Made by a program: the position numbers and the translations under genes
Part shown: positions 1 through 47,900 of the stretch, piece by piece
Position numbering within the stretch: position 1 is the stretch's first letter
How the letters are laid out: the number at the start of each line of letters is the position of its first letter
Notes under the pieces: model-generated
Seen by the model: only the letters and a program-made list of their open reading frames with translations
The model's database searches: none
Told to the model about the DNA's origin: nothing
Origin: the human T2T-CHM13v2.0 reference genome, Homo sapiens
Reading direction: 5' to 3' (one strand)
DNA length: 64,000 nt
Assembly: GCF_009914755.1 (NCBI RefSeq)
Contig: NC_060936.1

Positions 1-110
1 ATGGATAAATTTACTATGCCCTAGTGGGGATATTGCTTGGTAAAAATTAATTAGATGCAAGGCCATCAAATTTTATAGACCAAAATATAAATATAAAAAG
101 TATGAGTACA

Positions 111-405
<295 letters not shown>

Positions 406-494
406 GTATGTGAGTACATACATGGTTAAGTAAGTAATTTCCACACGGACTTTTGCTTTAGCACAGCTTACTAAAAAATGTGTTTTGTAGCTTG

Positions 495-513
495 CTACTG
501 CCATCTGCTGGTT
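495..513 (-). promoter_or_regulatory. Candidate CTCF site
   Basis: Minus strand AACCAGCAGATGGCAGTAG matches the CTCF core CCASYAGRKGGCRS. Confidence 0.55.
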
Positions 514-789
514 CTCAACTCTTAGACGTCTACAATTGGTGTACTGCTGCAATGTACCAATATTGCAATATAAAAGGGAATTGGGTCTATTTATTTTATT
601 TATGGGAAAATCTTAAAATATTCTTTGTTGAGAGTAAGACATCAGAATTTGTATGTGATCCATACAATATTATTTTTTAGTATGCTTTTAGCAAACAAAC
701 TCACTGGTCTTTCTTTACTATTAATAATGTGCTAATTTTGTATTTGAGTTTCTGATCAAACTTTTTATTCCTTTGTCATCTTTTCCTAG

Positions 790-12499
<11,710 letters not shown>

Positions 12500-13190
12500 G
12501 AGAAAATCCAGTTGGCCTCTCTCCTCTATCCACACAATTCAACTTGATAACTGGACTTTAGGAAACTTACAGTTAGATGTAATAACAAAAAGAAGTTTAT
12601 GCGTATCACTTTTTGTGCCATTCTAAGTATTTTTGGTTTCTTGTCTCCTTATTTCCTCTTTACCATTTTTGGAGGGGAAGCTATTTTTTTTCCTTGATCT
12701 TTCCCAGTGATATGGATTGAATCTGGTTGGTCATTTCCACCAGGAATCAGAGGCAGCTGTTACCAGGTTTCGGCCTTCCAGTTGATCCCTCCACTGTCCA
12801 GGCTGTCTCAGGAGGAGGTGAATCAGAGCTAGTCTGTCACCTTTCCAATCTAAGCCGAAGCCACAGGTGCCTGACAGGTTCCCTTCTAACAACTATTTGA
12901 CCAAGAGAGGCAATCAGGGGGTTGTATACTGCACTGGATTCGCCAGAGAAGGGAAAATTTAATTAGTGAAAAGGAAAGAACACTAGGAAACATTTGAGAA
13001 CCTGCCTCTATCCCAGAATGTGCTGGAGATTTGACACTCAAATCAGTGTTTAGTCTTCTGCTTGGCACCATAGCTTAACCTGCAGTTTCTTCAAAATGCC
13101 CAATGCCTTGTTTCCTATTACCTTAGATTGCAAACCAGTCTAGGGAAGTCTATGAGAAAGTAGCATTTAATTAAAGTTTAAAAAAAAAAA

Positions 13191-13545
<355 letters not shown>

Positions 13546-13637
13546 CTATTCTGATCCTGAACCAAATTTATAGCAATATAATTAGTGTTAATCTAAGGCA
13601 TTACTCATCAAAAAAATTGCTGCAGTCTTTACAGTTG

Positions 13638-13647
13638 AATAAATAAA
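13638..13647 (+). terminator. SPATS2 polyadenylation signal (AATAAATAAA)
   Basis: Two overlapping canonical hexamers. Confidence 0.7.
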
Positions 13648-14763
13648 AACAACTGCATAAATATGCCCACTTTTGTTTCATAGCAGCAAGTGGTTTCATT
13701 TCATTATGTTTTTCTTTGGGCCTCATGGGGGTAGAAGTCACTCAGACAGCTTGTTCCAGGATTAAATGAGGGTATCTGATTCCCAAGTCATTTGTCTGCC
13801 ACCACTGCGTAGCTTCAGAACCAAATTAAAATATGAAAGCCAGGAAGAGCAAATGCAGTTGTTCCTAGTGAGAAAGGATCATAGGATAGGGAATGGTGAC
13901 TTTCCAAAGGAGAACTTAACCACTTTAAGAAAACCACAGCTCTCCAGGCTCTCCCAGGTAACCAAAGTTTATAATGGCACTGCTCTCCCCAACTCCCTGT
14001 CCCTTGACTGAGTATTGAACGTAACCGTATAATTGAGCTCCTGCGTGTAGCAGGTGGCATGGGTGCCAGACCCTTCCACCCCACACTCACCCCCAGCATC
14101 TGTGATTTAATCACAGCAGAGCTTTTCTTTCTCTGGCATGTGTTCTCCCAAGTCTGAAGCCCAGACTGTAAGTGGCAGCCGTGCAGAACGTAGCTGCCTC
14201 AGGGCTTCCCTTGCCTCCTTGGCTGAGTGAAGCTGAGCTGCCAGGGTTCAGGTTGGTTGAACACATTCAGAGAGAGTGTGTGTGTCTGTCTGTCTGTCAG
14301 TAAAGAAAACAGTAGTCAAGGAGTTCTGGGTATTTTCCAAGAGCACCTCATTTTGGGGAATTTGTCCAACGACACCAACAGCCTGCTGGGTGTCAGGAAA
14401 AAGCCCTGCATTTCTGATTAATTGCTTACCTGTACTTTATCAGAAATCCAGAGATTGAAGTGACCTTGAAGGATTATGAGGTCTGTCCCTGTATCCAGGC
14501 AAGACCGTACTTAACCACCCAGACAGATGGGACAAGGCATGTTTATCAAAAATGCCTTGAAGTTGAAATTAAAATCTCCTTATAGAAAAATATTTGAAAA
14601 TTTTTCATGACCACAAAAAGTTTGAAAATTATGAATTAAAAAAGTTTTTATTACGAAAGTAGTATTTAAAATATCAGTACAGAAATATAAAAGGAAAAAA
14701 AGTTATCCATCTTTCCACTTCTCAGGGGTAATGACTGTTAATTTGGCATATATCCTTCTACAC

Positions 14764-18700
<3,937 letters not shown>

Positions 18701-20041
18701 CCTAGCTCATTCTTCAACTGCTTTGCAGGTAAAGGAAGTAGAGCTCGTCCTTAAACCCTTGGGAGCCCTGCCTGTTGGCCAGGCAGTGTGGTAGAGTATA
18801 AAGATTCAACTTGGATTTTAATTCTGGCTTCACAGCTTGGTAGCTGTGTGACCGACTGCCCTTGGACAGATAACAGCTTTGAACCTCTTTCTGAACTGTG
18901 AAGTGGGACAATGGTAACGACTTTATGAGACATCTAGCCAGGTGCTACAAAACAGTGCCCTGCGTGTCTAGGCTAACCCATGACAAGTTGAATGTTCACT
19001 CCCCATAGCCCCTTTCCTTTTCTGTCTGTCCTGCTTTGTTGAAAAGTATATGAAAGAAGACTTCCCCTATATCCAGCCAGACAGACCTTATTAATCACAA
19101 AAATACTAAAAATCCAGCTATCCTATTCCTTCTGTAAATTTTCTTCCTGAGTGCATGCCCCTCCAGCATGGTGAGCCCTGTGCCCCTCTTGTCTGTCTGC
19201 CATACCTATCAGAAAATGCACCCCTACCCCAGTTTCAGAGCTACGTGGGTGTGGCAGGCAGATGCTGATGGAGCTGACCTCGGCTAACACAGTAACCATT
19301 GCAGCAGCACACAGGTGAAGCTGGGGCCAGGGTTTCCCAGGGGAAAGTCAGGGAACATTATTTCCATACAGGTGATGAGGGAGTTTTATTACCTACCTTG
19401 ATACTCAGTTCCAAGGAGGAAACTATCCAAAAAAGATGCTTCTGGGTTAAGAAACTCACCCAGCAGCACAACTATTCTCCTGCCTGTCCCTTCACTGCTG
19501 TCAAAACAGCAGGAACAAATACCACCCACTCCAATTCCTTAGGGAAAAGTCAGGTCTCCTTTTTATGTCTCTTCAATTTAACCGAGTTAGGCTTTCTCTG
19601 TAACTCGATTTCAAACACACCTGTTTTCTGGTGCTGCTAGAACACACGGATTGAGAGGATGAGATTTCTCAGGAGGCTGGGCACATACTCCCTCGCCAAC
19701 TCCGGCAGGGCTATGTTGGCCACCTTCCCTTCGGGTCCTGCAGTTAACTGCAGTGTCTCACCTGGCGTGGAGTCCAGGTGTTGTTCACAATGGGCATTCA
19801 CCACAGGTCACTGACCATCTGTCAGAAATAACCATGCCGTTCCCTTTTCATAGGCTGTTTACCAAAGGAGAAGACAAAGTGGCCGCACTGCATGGCATAG
19901 TCCTGAATTGCCGTCATCCTAGTCAAATCTTGGTTCAGACCTGATTCTTTTTCTTACTAGCCAAGCAATATGGGCCAGTTTCTTTATCTGTAAACACAAC
20001 TCTGTGCCTCCCAGGTTTCCCTTGTTTGAAAGTTGATTGTG

Positions 20042-20877
<836 letters not shown>

Positions 20878-21585
20878 AGGCCAGGGCTTTTTAAAAATAA
20901 CAGCTGGCTAAGGTTCATTTCACAAATCAAAAGACCCGATGCTCTGCAAGATAAAGTACCTCTGCACACCCTGGGTCTCCCAGCTGGCCAGTGGCAGAGC
21001 TAGATTGGAACCCCAACTAGTCTGACTTGAAAGCCCAAGATTTTCCCACCATACAACACACCTTAGAAGCAGAGCCTGGCCTTGCTGGCTGAGAGCCAGG
21101 CTCAGGCCTGGGGACCTCCAGAGAGGAAGGTGGAGAGAGTGGGAAGAGACGGGGAGAGGGGAGGGGCCCCTGGGCTCTGTTCCTCGACAGCCGCCTATTC
21201 CCACTCCCTGAGCACAGTGTCTGACTCCGCCTGCGCTTTGTGGTTGCGGGGTGGGGGGACTTTTTCCATCCTTTGTGTCTTGAGCGGTTTTTTCCTTGCT
21301 TTGCGCTTCCCTACTGTCTCTCCATATTCCTTTTTGTAGCTAATACTCCCACAGGCCTCCCACGGCAGCTCCAAAATGCAGCCTCCCGAGTTTCTTGTTG
21401 ACAGAGGCTTTGAGCATCTCTGAACAGGGATCCTCCTCAACATTCCCCTCCCTGTGACTCCCCACCACGGCCAAATGCGTCAAGAGCTGGCGGAAGGGGA
21501 GAGGAAAAGGAGTTACAGTGAGGAGGACTATGGTGCCCATCTCCCAGGGCCCTGCTCAATTTTCAACTCCCCAATGCCCGTCTTA

Positions 21586-23672
<2,087 letters not shown>

Positions 23673-25662
23673 TTAATCACAGGGACAGCAAGTGGCAGAC
23701 CTGGTTCCCAAGTGGGTGGGTGATTTCAATTGTGGCCTTATCCTGTCTCAAAGTGAACTGACTCCTAAAATGTCCTTCTTTTTAGTAGACAGCTGGACCG
23801 CCGCCTGGAGAGGAAGCCTTGAACGGCTGGGGGAGGGGATTACTTTACAGCCAGGATCCAGCCAAGGCTGGGGATGAGATGGGAGTAGGATCTCCCGACT
23901 CCTTAGGGTCACTCCTCAGGGTCACTCCTCGTCCTGGGGACCAGATTCCAGGCTTCACAGGACCGGAGAAGGAGGAGCGCGTCCTCCCTTCCCAAAGCGC
24001 CAGCTCATTTAGATACAGGTGCCTGGGGCTTTGGCTCTCGTCGCTGACGAGGGGTAGCATCTTTCTGATGCTGGTGACTGTGAGTGCGTCTCGAGGGATG
24101 GGGGTGCTGAGCCTACCGCTTCGCTCGTTAGGGAACAAATTGCTGTTTTGGCCCCGGCGGCTCCTCTGGGCGCGGGCGGCAGCCGCGCTCGCCGGCAAAT
24201 CGTGGGAGGGAGGAGGAGCGGCGCTGGCAGGCAAGTCCGGGGGACCGTCGCAGCGCGGGAGGCCAAGAAAAGACGGCCGCCCCGGGCCCGGCTCCGCCCC
24301 GCCGGGAAGGGGCTCCCTGCAGCCGCCCCCGGGCAGCACCCCGCGCGGCGCCGCGCGGAGCTCTCCAGGACGAGCTGCGTGAGGCGCGGGGCTCGGCCTT
24401 CCTCGCTCTCCTGGTGCCAGGACCCGCACGCACAAGGTTCGGAAGTTTTTTCGCAGTGTCTGACCCCTGCCGGTCCCCTGTATTTACCACCTGACCCTCT
24501 AGCGCGCTTAGGAGAGGCAAGAGGTGACAAATGCCAGAGGGAAATGGAGGGGCAGGACAAGGGGTCTGGCGCTCCCCTCCCCACCACACACCCTTTCCGC
24601 CCACGGGGTCACACGGAGGACGTCTGACCCTTACTCCTAGGGCTACCCACCCTCTGGTTTCCAGGCAGCTCCTGCTTGCGGAGACACCTCATAGGAGCAG
24701 CTGGATCCATTTTCCAGAGCGTCAAGTTGAGGATGAGAAAGTCTCGAGGGCCGGGCAGCTGTGCGCGCAGAACCCCCGCCCCATCTGCTTTTAGATTTCC
24801 CGGGTGCGGCTGGAGCCCCTCTAGAGCGCCGGCCTCCGCTGGCCGCAGGGCCTTCACCTGCGCCTGTCGCCCTGTCCCCTTGCCCACTGCATTTTCCTCG
24901 GGGAGAGCATCTTCCACAGCATGCGTCCCCTGCCCCCCACGCCCCGAGCCCCCCTCCCATTCCGCCGGGGGAGGAGAGGCTGCTAGGAGGCTCTCGGAGA
25001 GCCCCCGGGCTGCAGAGAAAGACGCCTCCCCTCTGCGGCTGAGGCCGAGTGAGCCAAAGGGGGCCGGCCGCTCGCCAGTGGTTCTCCGAGGTACGGGCGG
25101 GGAGGCCCGCGGGGTGGGATCAGGGCGGCCGCCACCTCCCCGCCCCCGCCGAGGTCCCGAAGGGAGGGGAGCCCTCCGCGGGAGGCCTGTCCCTTTAAGG
25201 AGGCGGCCCTGGCTGGGTGTGCCCCGTCTCCATGGTTACCCCGGTGCAGGCGGCGGGCGCGGGAGGGAGGGAGGGAGGCTGCAGCTTCTCCCCGACAGAC
25301 GGAGGGAGCTGCCGAGAGCCGGCGCCGAGCGAAGCCGAGCGGAAGCCCACCCGCAGCCGACACGCGAGCCGCTGCCGCGGCGGGAGGTGCTGAGAGCGCG
25401 GCGGCCGCGGGGCCTGGAGCCCGGGATTTGTGGGCGGCGAGGGCGCGAGGGGCCGCGCGCCATGCTCCGGGCCCCGACGGCGCGGACGCCCCCTCGCGCG
25501 CCAGCGTCCGGCGCGACCCCGGATCCCGGTCTGCGCATTGCCCCCCGACGGCTGCGCTAGGGAGCGCGGGGCCCGGCGGGGGGCGGCCGAGCTGGGCGCC
25601 CTCCCCCGGCGCGGAGTCCCCGCACCCCGGAGGGATGGGGCGGGCAGCCGCGGGCGCCTAAG

Positions 25663-44209
<18,547 letters not shown>

Positions 44210-44542
44210 GTACCAGCCCTAGAACTCAGCGTTGCCAGGTGTGCTGCCATCTGCTGTTCGGCCCAACCTCAGAGTGAAGGCAGGGTGGCAGCCTCCCCAC
44301 GGACTCCATGCGGCCCGCTGGCTCAGGGCAGGGAGCCTGGAAGCAAAGGAGGACCTGGCTCCTGACTCTCAGAGAGGATAGGCTGGATCCCTGGGGCAGG
44401 CCTCTCCTCGGCCTGCTCCTCTGACCTCCCGGTCTCCCTCTGCAGGCTGGGGGCAGAGGCCTGAGGACAAGGAAGAGCTTTGCCATCCCCTGCATGTGCC
44501 CCTGCCTCTACCTGTCCCCAAATTTTTATATTAAAAAAAAAA

Positions 44543-44553
44543 AATAAAATAAA
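44543..44553 (+). terminator. KCNH3 polyadenylation signal (tandem AATAAA)
   Basis: AATAAAATAAA about 335 nt after the stop codon. Confidence 0.85.
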
Positions 44554-44574
44554 CTACTTTGGAACCTGGTGCTT

Positions 44575-44580
44575 TTTATT
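44575..44580 (-). terminator. MCRS1 polyadenylation signal
   Basis: TTTATT on + = AATAAA on -, about 320 nt after the MCRS1 stop codon. Confidence 0.85.
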
Positions 44581-44898
44581 TACAAAAGAAAAACAATAAA
44601 AGAAGAGTCTGAGGCTAATCAGCTGGAGACACAGGAGTGAAGGTGGCAATGGGGGGTAGGGTTGTTTTTAGAGAGAGGAAGATGGGGAGGGGCTCTGGAT
44701 CTAGGGAAGCCTGAGGTTCTCAGCCTCTGCTGGCTTCACAAAGGCCAGCCCTATCCTCCCTCAAAGGCTCAAATCAATGGCCCGCAGCTGAGCCTCCCAC
44801 TGCCCAGGTTTTTCCAGGAGCCTGAGTTCCCAGCTCAAGGGGGCTGGAGTGGCAGGGGAAACAGGCCGGAGAGGGCCCACGAGTCCTGCCACCACTCC

Positions 44899-44985
44899 TC
44901 ACTGTGGTGTGATCTTGGCAGCCTCAGCCCTGATGAGGGCAATGAGGTCCTGGTTGATAAGGAAGACGAATCGCAGGCTGGCGAT
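44899..44985 (-). CDS. MCRS1: MCRS1 last coding exon
   Basis: [28 protein letters not shown]. Confidence 0.93.
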   Translation of the reverse strand: MASLRFVFLINQDLIALIRAEAAKITPQ

Positions 44986-47900
44986 CTGGGTGGGAGACAA
45001 AGGTGGCTTAAGACAGAGGTGGCACCAGGACCAAGTTGGTGTACTGGCTCACCACGCCTAGGTCTCATCCTGGCCTTCCTGCCTCCTCCCCAGCTCACCT
45101 CCACCACAGAGTTGTTGCTGAGGCGCCATTTGGAGCCACAGAGCACCGGCCGTCCATCGATGTAGATGGGCCGTCGACCCTCATTGGCAATGAAGAAATC
45201 ACCGTTGTTCTTCAGCTTGATGACACCTGTGGAAGCAGAAAGAAAGAAGGGATGATGGGATGGGGAGGGATTGATGGGATGGGGAAAGGCCAGAGAGAGC
45301 CAGGAGCTTCCATGGACCAGCTCTGCTTCCTGCAGACACCAAGGAATCCCTGCCTCAGGTGGTCCACGAGGGTCCCCATGGACACCAAGCCCAGGGCTAG
45401 AAAGGACAGCGAGAGGCTGGGAGGGACGACCTCACACTGCTTCCTGCTGGGGCAGGGGGTGGGGGATACCTTGTTTCCGGGATATCTTCCAGGCCGGACC
45501 CTCCAGAGACAGGTCCACATCAATCTGGTTATCCTTGGTTGCTCTGCCCAGGGTGATCTGGGGAAATGGGGCAGGTGAGGGCTGGGACCTGAAGAATTGG
45601 GGGAGTAGGTCTATGCAGGCCAGAGAAAGATGGGAAACCAAGGACTACGCAGAGAAAGGCACTGACAGAGGAAGCAGCCTAAGAAGGGCGGGGATGGGCC
45701 TGCCTCACCTCACGCGAGCGCATCAGGTACCGCACCATGCGGCCCCGCAGCACTGCCAGTGTCTGGTTGTCGAAGTCCGGAGAGCTCATGCCTGGGAGAA
45801 GAGGGAGTTTGGAAGAGCCTACCCCTGAGGGCCAGAATGCAAGGCAGGGAACCAGGGCAAGGTTTATAAGGGAAGGGGGTCGGGGCCTGGGAAACGAGGG
45901 TCTCCCCAGCCAGGCAGCAACAGGGGCACAGGCTGGGGCGAAGGATGCTGAAGAGTGAGCCTTCTGGTGCCCAGGCCTCCTCACCTGTGATGCTGTCCAC
46001 TAGCACCTGCCACTTATGCAGTTCCTGTTCCAGCTGCCGAATCTCTCGCTTCTGGCGCCGGTCAGCCACCATCAGCTCTGGGGTGAGGTGGGGTGGTAAG
46101 GAGGGATGCTCTGAGGCCACCAGCACCTTGTACTGGTCCTCTTGATTCTGGCAGGAGCTTCCATCCCCTCACCACCCCATGAGGCCATACTTACCATGTT
46201 CCAGGACCTCATCTCGCATGTCCCTGAGGGGCAAGAAGAGAAGGAAGATTTAGGTCCACCTTCAGCTTGCCTGTTACTTGGCTCATTAGGGCATCCCTGA
46301 GCCCCTTTAGCCAAGTGGCCTGGAAGGTGGTACATCAGGCCTTGGCCCAGCCTCCTTCTCTGGGGTTGGGCTGGGGATAAGGGTAAAGCAGCGGAGCCTA
46401 AGAAGGCCCCAGTGGGAGGGGAGGGGGCTCAGCCAGGGGGGGCCAAGCACCAACGGGAGCCCAAGGGCTGGGGCTGGGCAGCCTGGGGCGCTCTACCTGA
46501 CAGGAGTGACTCGGCTCTCTCCACCCCTTCCTGTGTCTCCAGCCACTCACTTGAGCTTACTGTCATCAATCAGGTCCTCTGCATCAGAGAAGTTCAGCAC
46601 TTGGTCCCCTTTGGGCAGCGGCTGCACTGAACAAAGGACAGAGAAAGCGTGAGCACCAAGGGTCTTGCTGAACCCGATGCTGAGCGGACCACTAAGCCAA
46701 GTGGACCAGCTGCAGACTGCGCTGGGTGGAGAGCCCAGCACCAGCAAGGGTGCCCATACCAGATTAGGCTGGGCTCTAATTTGGCACAAAGCATCTTTAG
46801 GCTTAGTTGAGGGTAGAGGTGGTTCTAGAAAGGGAAGGAAATTAAAATTGACCTTTTGTATGGGCTTCTTGGTGTGCAAAGGGCTTTGATTACACAGCCT
46901 TGAACTAAGCAGGGGAGGCACTACCATTAGCTCTATTTTACAGATGAGGAAACAGACACAGGAGAGGGGTTAAACTATGTGACCCTAGTTTGGGACGGAG
47001 GCAGGATTTAGATCCTGCTCTCTCCATTCGAAATCTCAACCTCTCCTTCCATCACATCATATGCTCTCCAGCATTTCCTGCCACGCTGTGAGGGGCTGGG
47101 AGGCACCTGCCAGCCAAGTTCCACTGAGAAAGTACGTGCTGGTGGGCGCCGCCCACCTTAAGCCAATGTCTCTTGATCTGGGGTCATGACCTGCTAATGG
47201 GTCATGAAATCAGTTTCATTTTTTCAAAAAATGAAATGGAATAGGAAAATGAGCATCAGAGCCCATCAGATATGCTCAGGATAAATACAGTTTCATGAAA
47301 GTCTGTTTTTTTTTCTGGCCACAATGTGAAAGGAAGTCGGGAACAGTGGTGTGTGCCCACAGACCTAGCTACTCGGAGCCTGAGGCAAGAGGATCTCTTG
47401 AGCTGAGAATTCAAGTTCAGCTGGGCAACAGGGAAAGACCCTGTCTCTTAACAAAAATTTAAAGGGATAAAGGCCCCCCAAATCTGAAAACCTCTGCTTT
47501 TAGGCCAGCCGTTCCCAAGACTGTAGGGTGTGCTCTATAGCAGCTAGTGGCCATGCAATTGTCAACTGAGGAAGTGAGGGGGAGTGTGGAGGGGCCATAG
47601 ATGCTCCTCTTCCTCCCACTGAGGTGAGACCATATGGGGGGAAGCAGGGCAGTCACTCCATCAAGTCCCTCCCCACCAGAGCTGCCTGAAGTTCCACGAA
47701 TCTCATCTTCCGCTGACTTGACAGCTAAGCAATGTGTCCTGCCTATTCCTAGGGTCTCCTAGCTCTCAACGGCAAAGGAGAAATCAAATCCCTTTTGAAG
47801 AAATACAAAAACTCTTGAAGGAATAAATAAAACTTTCATGATAAGGCTTTTAGTTAACAAATAAATTTACACAAAATAACTTTCTTTTCTTTTTTCTTTT

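Noticed and set aside
24332-24352. RE1-like CAGCACCCCGCGCGGCGCC in the KCNH3 CpG island
   Set aside because: The right half (GGACAG) is badly mismatched; such hits are expected by chance in GC-rich DNA.
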